Shown here: positions 12,223-27,700 of the stretch, one piece after another
How positions within the stretch are numbered: position 1 is the first letter of the stretch
Layout of the letters: each line of letters begins with the position of its first letter
Assembly (NCBI RefSeq): GCF_001194135.2
Contig: NC_068982.1
Location: forward strand, 89,834,800-89,898,799
Length of the DNA stretch: 64,000 bases
Source: Octopus bimaculoides
Lineage: Eukaryota
Direction of reading: 5' to 3'
Notes under the pieces: model-generated
The model's database searches: none
What the model saw: the letters and a program-made list of their open reading frames with translations, nothing else
What the model was told of the DNA's origin: nothing
Program-made: the position numbers and the translations under genes

Positions 12223-14729
12223 ATAGTTTTAAGAATATTACGTTGATGATTAAATCATTGATTCTGATATTTGATTTAATGTCGCATGAAACACAATCCC
12301 ACTGGACTGCCAAATAATTTCAGAAAAACAAAGCTGTTGCCGCTATTCCCACGAGTCGTTTTTACACAAGTATATAATGATCTATTCTCCCGCTCCTTCA
12401 ACAGTTGGTTGAACAGCAAATGTAATTGTAATTTGCTGTATGCATTTATTTTCACTCTCATTTCATATTTCATGTGCTATGAAAGATCAAAGCAATACCT
12501 GGGAATGCAAACACACGCACTAGTGAATTTGTTCAATAAAATACTTTACCTCACAAGCACACGCACAACATTTTCAGATACGGAGCAAAGATTTTATCTT
12601 ATATAAATAGCTGTTCACAGCATTGGAATCTCCAGAGTAAGAGAAACATTTGCATCTCACTATAAAATTGAGTTCAGTGAGAATAGTTGGTAAATAGTGC
12701 CAACACAGAAATTGCTTTGATTCATTTTCGATAAATCTAAATCTAGTAGTTTCAGGAACCTGGTTTCTGGATTATGTATGAATCGGTTCTTTCATATATA
12801 AATATCGGTTCTTTCACACGCACACACACATACATCTATACATATATGCATACATACATGTCTGCATGTATGTATGTATGTATGTATGTATATACATATA
12901 TGTATTATGAATATGTACGCATATACACACACGCGCAAGTGAATAGCATTGATTTTTAGTAGATTGATGCTATAAAACTTTAAATTTGTAGAATCAAATA
13001 AACAATTTCCAATATATTTCTGGTACTTATTTTATCGATTCCGGCGGAATGAAAATCAACTACAGAGGAATTTTTCACACACAAAAAAAAAAAAAAAAAT
13101 TAAGGATGAAACTAACAGCTGCAATGCATTTTGATCAGCATTCTACTGTTTCTGTCATTCTATTCTAATTTTCATTATATTCATAGCTTTTCCTACCTTC
13201 ATACCATTTGTATTTATCTATTAGTATGTAAAGGGAGTTATTTAGTTTATCAACATTAAAGATTGTGTATATATATAATGAAAGCGGTTAATATTTATTT
13301 TGACTTTCAGCTGCTTAGAAATCGGGAGTAAAGTGTAAATTTCTTTTAGACCCCTATGATTGTTTTAAGTTGCTTTTCTTTTGCCTCAGGTAATCCCTGA
13401 ATGAGTACATTTACGATTGAATATGCTGAAACCGTGATCATCTTGTCTAGTTTTCCATACATAACATATTATCAAAACTGGTATTCATTCTTTTAAGACA
13501 GTCAAATCTCGAAATTAAAAGGAGTTTTGACCACTGTTTTTAGCAGGTTGACTGACCACGTAGAGGCCCCATCATTGGCCACTAGTCTTAAAACTAGGTT
13601 TATGAGAATTTAGATCTTTTAGATATTATCGAAATGGTTTTTAAAACTTACTGCAAACGGTTGTGGCATCAAAAAATCGTGACCGGCTCATTAGCAATTT
13701 AACTCTGCAGTCTTGCATTGTTCAGAAACCGGTAAAATAAGATTATATTACTAAGAAACGAAGTTCAAAATCTTCAGACGAAAATATTGTTATTATATAG
13801 TTTTTGTTTTCAATACTCGAACTATTAATATTAACTTGCGTGTTAAAACGTCTTACATAAAGATTTATGTAATCTAATTTCCATTTTTGTTTCGGTAATT
13901 CCCGGGAGTATTTTCTTCAGATTGTAGCTTTGTTCTATAGCATTTGCTTTGTCAGTGTAAAGGATTTTGCCCCATGTTGTAAGTAGGTATCTAATAAATC
14001 CTTGTTTGAAATCATAATACGCGTAAGAGTAATTGGTTAGGTTGTTGTATAGCCCCATGATTAATACCCATGATTAATGACCTTTCTGTTGCAAAATAGT
14101 GTATCAAGGTCTATATTTTTTAAGATAGTAGCATACTATTTGGCTGCTATTTCTAACAGGTTGAGCCACTGTGGAAACCATCTTCCGTCGGCCTGTATAG
14201 TTCAGTTTCTTGCTGGTTAAACGCAGGTGAACTCTTATGCAACCCATTTATCCACAAAAATGTTCCAGCTTTAACCATTTCACCCTTTTGTTAAGTACGA
14301 TGCATCAAGCACTACATTGTTCCCTATTATTTGTTTATCTTTTTTAAAGATGAAAATGTCTAATTTAATTTGAGAGTTGATATGGAGCGATTGCGTAGAA
14401 GCTCTCTTTTTATTTGGTTCGTATGATTTAGATACAAAACAGAAACCGGTTTCACGATGCCGATATTTTAGTACCCATAGTTTCAGTAAAAGCTATCAAC
14501 ATTTAAAAACCTGTTTCTGTTTGTTACACATGTTTATTAAGGATTGATTGCTGGTTATTATTTTCTGCATGCGATTCATGACGTTAAGATCGTTATTTTT
14601 CTACTTTGCTAGTGCAAGTTTTAAATTCAGACTTAACCTAGGGAGATGTTTATATGTTGGACTAGTACAAATATGGAGAATCGAATATAATCGAAATGCA
14701 GTGTAAAAGCTAAGAGAGAACTCGTAAGC

Positions 14730-14738
14730 GCACGCACG

Positions 14739-14821
<83 letters not shown>

Positions 14822-14826
14822 ACACG
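14730..14826. repeat. (CGCA)n/(CA)n microsatellite
   Basis: Directly visible. Confidence 0.95.
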
Positions 14827-17101
14827 ATGTTAATAAACTAAAATTTGTTGCACTGGAATGAGTGGAAATTAGGAAGGAAGTGACATTCATACTGACCAGT
14901 GTTAAGGAGTTCAAACTGAAAATTGGCATCAGTTTGAGATACCTTTTCGTTGTTATGATTAGTAAAGAAATTTATCAGTGTTCGACATTGTTCGCCAGCA
15001 ATATAATATTTTATCAATTTGGATATTTAAAGAAGCAAACAGTAGTTAGCGTTAGATACCCAATTTTTCCATTGGATGAATGATGTTCATTTGATTAAAC
15101 TTAGAAGAGTCGCTTAACATTAATGTAAACAGTCACAAGTGTAAATATGTAGTGAAGTGCTATCAAGAGGATTTTGCAACTAGTTTTGAAAATATTACGA
15201 CTGTTTCCGAGGTACAAAATAATCATACCTAGTGTTTATAAAACTCTAAATGACATCAGAAAATCAAATATAAATAGAAAGCTGTCTTTTTCTCTTTCTT
15301 GTTGGCTAGAAATTTTAGAAATGATTGAGCTTGTATTTTGTCAAGTTCATTTAGAATTAATAATATCTTAAGCGTCTAATTTACATCTGTCAAACATTTT
15401 ATGGCAAGGATGTCTAGAAAGTTGAAATGTATTTTAACTCTAGAAAGAAACTCTAAGTATTTTATTTTCTAGATAATAGCAAAATTTAGACGTAAATAAC
15501 TGGGATATTACAAATATTTTGACTATTTAATGATCTTGTCTGCTAAAATAAATATCAGCAGGGATGTATCTGCAGCTGTCTTTAAAGAAGCAAACACATA
15601 CACACATACAATGTAAGGTAAATCATGAACCCTCATGATTTGCGCTTTCAAAAATACATAGAACAAATAGAAAACGTTACTCCATATGTAGAGGTATTTA
15701 GCTAATGCCAATTCTTTTTCTTTTTAATTCTTAAATCAAACTTTTGCTAAAAGCAAGTTGTTTGGCATTCCACATGATGTCAGGGCATATACCACAGGAG
15801 GTCAGAGGAGCGAGCTCTGAATAGTTGTCTTAGCATTGCTTAGTTTAGCTGGACGTCATTTTAGTCGTAATAATCAGGCCCATATTTCTCTCGTGCTACT
15901 AGATTCGATTTGTAGCCAGACTATCACTTCTGGAGGGTTTGGAATAATCTTAGAAGGTGGAAAAACTCATATATACTATACTGGGTATAAAAGACATGAA
16001 TCTAACAAATCTAATTATAAAATTAAAACAGCTGAATATGATGAGATTTTGGAATTAAAATATGTACTGTATCACATCTGTATTATGCCCTCTTGTTTCC
16101 AAAAGTTTAGGTAACTTTCACACTTTTTTTTATCATAGATCGAAGGTGAGATCTGTTTGTGCCTTTTTTTTTTATCAAATGTTTAAATTTATATAATTTA
16201 TCTGCATGAGTAAATATAGCTGTTATTCTACTCATCACGAATGTAAGGACTGCGTATAGTAATTAATAAGTTGTGAGTTACATAGTTTTAGAAAGGACAA
16301 GTAAAGAGGATCAAGTGTAGCTAAAGAACTTAAACCGAGAATTGAAGCTGGATCGTGGACTCTGAAACGCCAGAAGTTTAACATCAACTGAGTACAAGAG
16401 CGCAATGTATAAAAACTGATATTTTCAAAATAAGCACTGAAAATATAATATTGAGGATTAAATTTCATTAATGGCGCATATATTTCTAGCTAACCGCTTG
16501 ACAGCAAAAGGATGTATATAACTGTACATACCTTTGTGTCATTCTGTCTAGCTACAGCATCTGTGACAATTAGACAACATACAGGATCCTTACAACATGA
16601 GCCCTGATTCGTTTCCTGTGAAAAAGAGTAGGGCATAAGAGTCTTTTGACGTGATTAGAAACCAATCGGCTCGCAGGCTTATGTTCGCTCTACTACTACG
16701 AATAAGCAGGTCTCCAAGATCAAAGATGATCTTGAATGCAAGAAAAAACAGAAATGTGTTTGGATATTTTTTTGTATATTTTTGTTTTTGTCATTTTAAG
16801 TTTGGATATTTTGTTTTCTTGATTAATTCAAATTTTCGTTCACCTTTAAAAATATTCAACAGTAATATTACATATCCGTAAATATATATAAAAATTACCA
16901 ATCATTGTTACATGTATCTTGTTATTAAATGCTGGTATTGATAATTCACTATCTAAATTAATTCAATTTTTCTGAATGTAGGTCAATATTGATTTGACAA
17001 CAGTTATATATATTTCGTTGTATCTCGGAAAGAAAATTATGCCAATAATAAGCACGCGTAAGGTTTCTATTTCACTTCCTTTGCTGTTATTGGCCCATTC
17101 T

Positions 17102-17283
17102 TTAATCATTCAACCAATTAACTCATTGATTTTTAGATTAGCCTTTCAATCAATCAACTAGGTTTGTCAAAGTCCGAGAGCATGTCATTGACGAGGTCGT
17201 GAATGGAAACGAAAGGACTTTGAAAATTCTAGTTGATTGATTGGTAATCAAACAGAAGATGTGTTAATTGGTTAAATGGTTAA
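17102..17283. mobile_element. Palindromic MITE-like element with ~70-bp imperfect inverted arms and ttaa at both ends
   Basis: Left arm caatcaatcaactaggtttgtcaaagtcc versus the reverse complement of the right arm, caatcaatcaactagaattttcaaagtcc (26/29). Outer arms ttaatcattcaaccaattaactcat versus ttaaccatttaaccaattaacacat. Loop is 17176-17214. Confidence 0.6.
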
Positions 17284-18699
17284 CCAATTGACTAATAGTA
17301 ATATTAATTGTGAACCAGAAGCAGTGTGTGTTTAGTATTGGCATTATGACTCTCCCGAGATACAAAATAATCTCTTTCAACATACGACTTCACATCAAGT
17401 ATCTTGCAAACCAAATACATTATATATACATTATATACATATCACTAGGTTCAACCAGTGGGCTGTGGGCTAGCTCTAAAGAAATTGCATTTGAAAATCG
17501 AAGCTCAGTATCTGTAGATTGGTCTTCGGTTACCTTTAATTATGAAAATGACACAATACTTGCTACATTAATTCATATTTTGTTTTTGTTAAGATTAGCT
17601 TCGATTCCAAGAACAAGAATAAAGCGAATAATGAATAGATTAAGAATTCTTAATCTACATACTAAATAACCTAAACTTGAATTTATTTTTTTTTCAAATT
17701 CAATTTCGTGTGCTAACAAAAACCAGAACTCCATTTCTATCGGCATTATAGACAACATGAAATTTAATTCATTTCTCTTCTAAGATAATTTTGCTATTTT
17801 ATCAGAGCAATGCATTTTGTTTTTGTTTCTGAATTACCAAATTATATTTATAAATGTGTGTGTGAATACATACATACATACATATACACACACACGCACG
17901 CACACACATATCCAGACATACATACGAAATCACTGCTTATTTTCGAAGTATGCTGAAAAATCACTGGTTTTACCAATGACATATTTACATAAAAACGCGC
18001 ATACATTATTTCTAATTGGAAATTCAGAACCAAAACAAAAGTGCAATGCTTTGTCAACAAATAAGTAAATATGCATATGTGCGTGTGTGTGTGAATGTAT
18101 GCGTGTGTATGTATATTTGTTTATAAGTGTATATATGAATACATATTTATGTTTAAATGAAATAAGCTTAAGTGGTATGTATGTATTATATAGTATATAC
18201 ATGTTTAAACCATATTTATATACATGAACTATATATGTTTATACGCGACTTCCAAAAGGACAGAAATCAGGCAGTCACAGTCAGTGGTGCCCTCTCTAGG
18301 GAAACACATACAGTTACACTACAAGCGTGGAATCCGATGGATTATATGCTTTAGTTGAACAAAGACCTTTTAGATATATCCTTACTCAAGGAAAAAACTG
18401 GAGAGCTTTCTTCTAATGCTTTAGATGAAGATCTAAAATACAGTAGGGGTGGATTAATATCCATTGTAAGTGTACAGATTTTTCATATGGTTTTTAATCA
18501 ACAGTAATTATTAGATCAGCGAGTATAATTATTTTAAGTCCACAAGTGGTAAAATATTGGACATGTCCTTCTTGAATTAGGATGTGTCCAAAATTACCTT
18601 TATTTATAAAAAGGTGCAGTCACGTTTGAGCAGAAAAATTTTGAAAATATATTTAGTTACACACCAAACACGAACAATCAATATCAAACATACCGACCA

Positions 18700-18990
18700 A
18701 GAAATCTAAAGACACATGCTCATTCAGGAACCTTAATACATGTCTACTAGACAAATCCTACAACGAAGAAGCAATAATTTATGAGGTAGAGGCCACTGTA
18801 ATATAACCCGATCTAATAGAAATACAGGAACGTTACATAGCTAAAGCAGAAGGAAATATATGCAAGGAGTTTATAATCAATGTCACTCTTTTAAGCATAA
18901 AGTTAACGGAACAATACAATATTAGTCCACAACACTATAACTAAAACAAAAAAGGTCTTAGACTACAAATCTTGGAAAGCGCTCTAGAAT
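18700..18990 (+). pseudogene. Penelope-like GIY-YIG endonuclease remnant
   Basis: CSFRNLNTCLLDKS...AIIYEVEATV, then RYIAKAEG and, after a frameshift, VYNQCHSFKHK. This resembles the CNCR..CPL...IIY.A.V...YIG...R.YNH..SF pattern of Penelope-like elements. Confidence 0.5.
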
Positions 18991-20099
18991 CTATCAAACT
19001 GGAAGTAAACGATGCAACCATGTGCACAGTGCCAAAGAAGAAAACCCTCAAAAGTCCTTCAACAAGACTTTCATTTAAATACGTGATCATAGAGACTCGG
19101 GAAATGCAAAGACCTATTATACAAACGGGAAGCACCACTTTGACCTATTTAGAATTACATATATGCACAAACTTTTGCTGATGTATAAAACTCAGTATAT
19201 CTTTGTTGTCTCTTCCTTCAGCTTTCTTCCATCATTCAGTAACAATATTTTGTTTTCCCTTCTTCAGCACATCTACGTGTAACTCAACTCTTATTAACGG
19301 AGTTTAATCTCCAGTAGTCACATTCGTCTGTTCTAAACAGTTACATCATTTTTCTTTGAAATCCAATAACATATTTAAGGGAAGTAATTTGTATTTTATC
19401 CGAGAGCGGGGGAGATATTTGCCTTGACGCAGAGTAAAGTTTAGTATTTTTCAACATATTTCTCGTATTATTCTTTACTATGTGGAAAGAAGAAGGAATC
19501 TATGAAATTAATGGAAGCCCACTCATTAACCACGTATTGATTTATAATTACGTGAGTATAAATATTTGTAGTTGATTTTGTGGTTACAGTTTCATTATTT
19601 ACGCTGGTGAACTGTAATTTATGGTTTTAATTCTAGATGAATAAGCGTAGGTTTCCATCAGCATGAAACTTTGGGTTCCCGAAAATTAATATAAATTCAA
19701 ACAAATAGAGTGCGCGCGCGAGTGCATTTGTGCGTATATTGTGCAAAATGAATATATATATATATGTATCGATCGGGTAATAGATTATGATTGATCTGCC
19801 ATTATATAGAATACAGTATAGCAAAAATTTACATATGCATATATCACATGTATCATGTACATGTTGTTGAGACAGCATGTCGATGTTGCTATGTAGGAAA
19901 TAGTTGTTGATTACTCAACTTATAAAGCAGATAAACTATTGATTGTAGAACATGCATACTTCAAAACAAATAAACTACTGTTAGTGTATATAAATTCCGT
20001 TTTTGTTAAAATTTTAATTTTAAATGTACGCTTTTGAGTTTAAAAATCACATTTAAATGGACTTTGTTATTTTCTATGATTATTACGTTGAAATGTGAG

Positions 20100-21000
20100 G
20101 CATTTCACTTGACTTTTTCAAGAACGAAAATACCTTCAAATAACTTACTTCCACTACTCCCTCAGCAATCAGGAAATTCGCGTAAGTCTTGATATTTCGC
20201 TAAAATCTCAGTCCTCGAATGTTTCCAACATATTTGTCTATGTTGAAACATTGCACTTGTTGAAGTCGGTTTGTGGTCGTACGATAGTATATTGTAATGC
20301 TGTCTATTTGTTTGTCTGATAATCCTCACCCTTACACCTCAAGTAATAGGCTATGTCCATTTGAAAACAATTTAACCGATATTGTTTTCTAGCCTGAAGA
20401 TATAGTGTGTGTTAATTCCACAGTGACCAAATTCTACTTTCATTGCTGGCCATAATACATAGTGTAATTTCGTTTTGCTATTGGAACATGAGAATTCAGA
20501 ACATTTTTATGAAGCTCATTAACGATTTCTCCGCTTAACCTTTGTTGCAGGAGAGGTGGATGTTGATACAATAGTTGCAATTCCTTTTAAATCTGAGACA
20601 ATCCGTTACAGAGACGCCAGCATCCAGTAGTTTTCTAGCTGGTTTTCTCTTGCTGAGTATAGAAGTCGCGCAAAATACTGGTTGTATACTGTAATTGGTC
20701 CCATCATTCCGAAGGTTTTATGCTCAATTTTCGGTTGCTCGGTCTCGTCACATCTGGTCATCTGATAGACATGTTTACTGTGAATAGATGGAGTCTAAAT
20801 CGAGAGAGATATCCTTTTCTGTCTCCTTTGAGAACATAATATCAACATAGTTCAAGGGTGTTGGCTACTGTTGGATGTTCTAATTCAAACTCTGTTTCAT
20901 TGTAGAAAGCAATGAAAATGTCGTGGATTCATGCAACGTCTCTTGAGTAGGCTAGTACAGAGCATCATCCATGAATCTCGGGTCAAATGTGTTGGTGAAG
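20100..21000 (-). pseudogene. Possible highly decayed Penelope-like RT/GIY-YIG remnant
   Basis: PRFMDDALY motif (~20960), followed by LNYVDIMF (cf. LPFLDI) and a downstream YYLRCKGEDY segment. Many stops. Confidence 0.3.
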
Positions 21001-21466
21001 TGCCGCTCAGAATGCAGTACTCGGCGTTTTATACCACAATCACGAGACATCCACTACTAACGTACACAGTACATAAGTATACACGCCTCTAGGTATATAT
21101 AATAAAATATATACGTAATTCTTATACAATTAAATGTATACATATATACATATATGTGTGAGTGCATGCGTGTTTGTGAGGATGTATGGACACTCACTAT
21201 TACCTGCTCAGTATATATGTACATAAAAATATACATACGCGTTTACCGTGTACATCCGGTGTCCTTGCCTAAAGTAAGAAGCAACTAAAAGGATGGATAT
21301 GAAGAAGGGCATCCAGCTATGAAGCACTGCTTCAAAAATTCCTGTCCAACTCATGTGAGCATAGAAAAGCAGACATAAAATCTATGATGATAATATACAC
21401 AGCATTAAGTAAATATATAGGTATGTGTGTGTGTGTGTGTGTATGTGTGTGTGTGTATGTGTGTGT

Positions 21467-21505
<39 letters not shown>

Positions 21506-21854
21506 GTATATATCTACAATATTTATCTTTCTTTCACACACACACATACATTTATGTGCCCATATGTAATTGTGCGTGGCTAAGAATTTCCCCTTGCAAA
21601 TATCAGCTTCCAGATTGCATTCTGCTGCGCAGCACCTATTTCACCTGTTTTCTAAAATAACCTAAGATTGAGTGGAATTCGGCAGACCGAAACGATGCTA
21701 TGCAGAAGCCCGGGGAATGGAATTGAGCCGAAGGACGAGACAATGGTGTTAAACTTTCCAACGGAATAAGCCGTCCATTGAAGAACAAGAATTCTCCTCC
21801 TCACTAGCATTTTTGTAACGGTTGGAGTCGAGGTTACATTAAAAGATATGCATA

Positions 21855-21932
21855 CTTGCCCGAGGTGCCATGCTCTGGAGTCTGACTCGGAATTACGTCG
21901 TCGTGAAAAGAACGGTTTAATCATACAGCTAT
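21855..21932 (-). mobile_element. Degenerate family B SINE head
   Basis: The reverse complement reads gctgtatgattaa...agcatggcacctcgggcaag. Confidence 0.5.
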
Positions 21933-23499
21933 AGCGACTTAGCAGCCTTTTCTAATAACGAATAATAAATCTGACATGGATGTAATATAGTAGCTATAAT
22001 AAAACCGGACGTGGAATTTATATAGTGGATAGATGTCAATGTTATCGGTTGTACTTAAATAAATAATGGTTCCTATACAAACATATTTTAACTGCTCATC
22101 AATAATATAATACAATAGAAATATAATTCAAACGCTCTTCCGTAGCTGAAATTATGCGCAGAATCTGGGAGCTTTCTTTATATTTGAGCGTTTTAATAAC
22201 TCTACAATGGAAATTTAAAAGAGATACAGCGAAGAGACACGAGTCCCTGTTTTAAGAAGTGGGTAAATTTTGTAATAACTTGCTGACTTGAAAACACACC
22301 AAGTGTACAAACTGGAGAACCAGAAGCAACAAAAGCCGATCACTCAGTTATGAATGGTTCTGTTTTACAAAAATCAAACAATTGAATATATCACTTGTGC
22401 AAGATGAGTAAATATCGATTGGGTAATCGATTAAGTGATTGATCTGCTTTGCATTGAAAACAATATAGCAGAAACATAATGGGTAACCGAATACGAAATC
22501 TTTTATTTTCTTTCAAAATACAACTTTATCTGCATTTATTGAAATATTTCCTTTTATTTGATGACGACAAATAAGTAGGTATAATTTCTAAGGATAACAC
22601 GATAAACAGATAAATATATTTTATATGAAATATATATAATTTTCAAAATCTATTTTGTATGCAAGATATGAAATAATTATTAAGTCTGAAAAGCCTCTGT
22701 AACATAAACGTTTTTGGAAATCTTAAAAAATATCTAATCCAAGTATATAAATAGCTTGGAGGGGAAAGATCTGCATTAAGAAACAATTTACACTTTAACA
22801 GAATGAAACCAATTATCAACGAATAAAAATACGCCATGAGAGACTCGCTGAGTATTGATTTAAAATTTCTTTTCAAAAGATAAAGTTTTGAATTTGTGAT
22901 ACAATTGAAGATAATTAATATTTGGTAAATGTTGGAAAAAGGAAAGTTTTTCAAAAGAAGGAAAAAGCATTTCGGTTGTATAAACTCATTAAAAGTAAAA
23001 GATAAACAGAAACAATTTCTATATCAAAGGCTGTGGAAAATGTAACATGAAGTAGGAATGATGTGCTTTTGCAAGAGCGAAACGTTTTAGTGGCAGCTCA
23101 TCGTAAGATTCTCAATGTAAATCTCTCATATAAATATTTTAAATGATCAAGAGACGAGAAACATGGGTATAAAAGACAGTTTATAAAATTATCAAAAGAA
23201 TTTATAAAATACATCATACAGTTCTCTTTTTAATGTTATCTGGGTACAGAAACCACTTAAGTGCCATTACTTGACATCGATTTCCTGATGTAGAAATCCA
23301 TATAGTAAACTAACAAATTTATGAGTCAGTTAGTTTTAAAAGCCGTTTTTACTCGTTCTTATAATCTAAATTATATCAGAACTTCCGACATGCAGTCGTA
23401 TGGCTGACGACACAGTTTAGTCCCCCAACTACCTTGCATTAGCATCTTACATTAAACTGGAAAGAAAATTTTCTCTTTAGACGGCTTTCAAGTAGAGAT

Positions 23500-23690
23500 T
23501 AAGATCCTTCAGGCGGTCAGTTGATTTGTTAGAAATTGTAAGCAATTCTTCCATAAAGCACATTCCTACTGTGATGGAAAAAATGAGACATGTTGGGTAA
23601 TGAAGAACGCAGTATGTAGTGTCTAAATGTATGAATGGATGGTCATAGTCGGATCGTATTAATCATATGTCTGTTTGATCAAGGCTGAAG
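23500..23690 (+). mobile_element. Family E repeat abutting the CR1 3' end
   Basis: ttgttagaaattgtaagcaattc...atggatggtcatagtcgg...tcatatgtctgtttgatcaaggctga. Confidence 0.5.
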
Positions 23691-23699
23691 AAGGAGAAA

Positions 23700-25068
<1,369 letters not shown>

Positions 25069-25977
25069 TAAGATATGTGGAATTCATATCTCATTTCAAA
25101 TAGATTAGGATTAGGGCGTAAGACATTAGGATTAAGTCGCACTCAGTAAGTTGGAATTCCAAGACAAATATATAAACGGAATTTTAATTTCTTTTGCAAT
25201 ATAAGCATTCTTTTGCTGAAAAGCGTCAACACTTAATCATCTTCCGGCTGGGAAACTTAACGGTATATATGTGTTTTAACTGGCCAGCATGACTCTACCA
25301 TGATGTAATCGTGTACACAAACACACATACACAAGCATCCATGTATATACGTGTGTGTGTGTGTGTGTATGTGTGTATGTATGTGTGTAACGCTGACGAA
25401 GGCTTTAAATTCGGCTTTTACAAACTGTATTGAAAGAGAAAAACTTATATTGCGAACTAATTGGAATAAACTGCCGGGATCTGATGTCGAGAGTCCCAAA
25501 ACTTCCAAAGCCACAAAAATATTACTGATGATGCATCTCAGAGAATCCATGAGATGTACCTTGGAAAAAAACCATTTAATTTAGGTGGGTTAAGTTAGAT
25601 AATTGACGATGAAGAAGATTGATAGACGATAGAAGACTGAACTGGGTAAAAAGGTGAAGATGACGATAGCGACTGAGGAGGTCGAAAGAAGATGTTAGTG
25701 AATCAAATTAGAAGTAGTTTAAATAAATGTGTCCGTATACGGCTGATAAGAGGCAGTGTAAGTAATTTTTCTCCTTAAAATATTGTAATTTAAATTTGCA
25801 ATTTAAATTTGTATAACTAAATTATTCTAAATATTGTAATTTTGCTTTTTGGTTGCTTTGCAAGATTCTTGATGTGAATTCGTGCGTTGAAACATATTTT
25901 ATTGTATCACAGAAGGGTCAATATACCAGTAATACGCACACTCACTGCTTCTTTTTCACGTGTCTTATTATTAGGCA

Positions 25978-26060
25978 CTCGGTTAACTATTTAACCAACT
26001 AACTAATCGTCCGGTCAATCAATAACGTCCTTTCATCGCCGTTCACGACAGACATGGAGC
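25978..26060 (-). repeat. Partial copy of the 17.1-kb palindromic element
   Basis: The reverse complement catgtctgtcgtgaacggcgatgaaaggacgttattgattgacc...ggttaaatagttaacc aligns with the loop and right arm at 17181-17285. Confidence 0.55.
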
Positions 26061-26949
26061 AGTAACAGCATGATGCTAATGACGTCATTGGCATATTGAC
26101 CATTCAGAAATACAGCAAAACTGTATATCTATCTATAATTAACAATTCAATATTCAATAACAAAATGCTTTGTTATTGAATATCATATAACCAGCTGTGT
26201 TTTTGTTAAAGTTTAAACTTAATACCTAGTTATAATAATATGTATGTACTATGTTCTTTAAACCATAAGTGTATGTGTTGTCATTCGGCAGTATTGGTAG
26301 TTGTGTGTGCAGAGTCTTCTTAGGGCATTTAACAACGTTGATGAACAAAACTAAATAAATGAGGTTCAAACTATTTTATATTCTATGGTGAAGTGAGTGA
26401 AATAATTGGTCGATTAAGTGTGCTCTAAGCTAGGCTGTCGTTTGCTTAAGCCCACTTAAAACATTTTACGTACAAGCAAATGCAGATATAAACCTTCTGT
26501 ATATACATTGCAAAATTTTTATAAGCATGTGTAGGATAATAATTCCCCTTCAGTGATGCAACTGGTAACAACAGCTATAATTTTGCAATAGTCACACATT
26601 TAAAGTTTTTACATAAACAAAATCCTAACTTTCGTTTGAACTTATACATAAAACACATGGCAATAAGGTATTCAGAGCAGTTAAATTGTTAATCAGAAAC
26701 AATTTTGGATTTCATAGTTTAACGATAGATTTTAACCATAAAAACTACTTTTCTCCAATACATACTTAGTCCGCAATACACGCGTGCGCGTGCACTCATA
26801 CACTCTCACAAACACACATACACACTATTCAGCTTTCCTGTGTTTTTAATTCAGTGTCTTCCTATTTGAATTCTATTTCATCTTCGAACTACATACCTAT
26901 ATTAGCCTTCTTACAAATTATTTAACTACTCCCGGCTCAAATAATCTCT

Positions 26950-26971
26950 ATCTGTCTAACTGTCTGCCTGC

Positions 26972-27043
<72 letters not shown>

Positions 27044-27082
27044 TGTTGTTGATCATATGTCTCCATTTTGTTTACTTTAAAT

Positions 27083-27117
<35 letters not shown>

Positions 27118-27118
27118 A
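26950..27118. repeat. Compound (CTGT/CTGC)(CTAT)n and (TA)n(TG)n microsatellites
   Basis: Directly visible. Confidence 0.9.
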
Positions 27119-27223
27119 TAAATTTTTTTATTAAAATATATTAAACTATGTGAAACGAAGGCATTTCTCTTGCACTTATGATATATGTTTTCCACATATT
27201 TTCAATCTATGATTCCATCTAAG

Positions 27224-27260
27224 AATACCTGAAGAAGGAATGTTATTCCGAAATATTATC
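27224..27260 (+). ncRNA. Hammerhead-ribozyme-like motif (Penelope terminal-repeat type), degenerate
   Basis: CTGAAGA (27229-35), A, perfect stem II GGAAT-gtt-ATTCC, GAAA, palindromic AT|AT helix III. Stem I is poor. Confidence 0.5.
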
Positions 27261-27470
27261 AGACTATGGCTGACTAAATTACGACAGGTATATAGCCCAT
27301 TGTTTGTATCAGAGTGCATTGTTGTACCATTCAAAACTCAGTATTCTTTACAAACAATACGCAATGCTTCAGGCGAACTACAATACTCTCCTTTATATAT
27401 ATATATATATAATTGAGAAATTATATATATAGCGGTATCTAAACTCACTCAAGATATCTTTAGTGAGACT

Positions 27471-27530
27471 TTTATTGATGTACCTGAAGATACCCGCAAC
27501 GGCTCGAAACATGTGCTGTACCCAATAAAG
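27471..27530 (+). ncRNA. Hammerhead-ribozyme-like motif (Penelope terminal-repeat type)
   Basis: tttattgatgtac-CTGAAGA-T-acccgcaacggctc-GAAAC-ATGT-G-ctgtacccaataaa. Has a palindromic ACATGT helix III and stem I tttattg..gtac pairing with gtac..caataaa. Position 17 is G, which is non-canonical. Confidence 0.55.
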
Positions 27531-27562
27531 TCTATTACACATTCCATCTCCCATTTTATTAA

Positions 27563-27608
<46 letters not shown>

Positions 27609-27700
27609 TGAGCGTCCAGTAATACAATATCTGTATCCCGTCCGTGCGTTGTTGGTTTTTTGTTGTTTTTTTCCGTCGCTTTTCTTGTTTGAACTCACTA

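Noticed and set aside
25393-25425. Hammerhead-like CTGACGAAGGC...
   Set aside because: The GAAAC box is absent at the required position.
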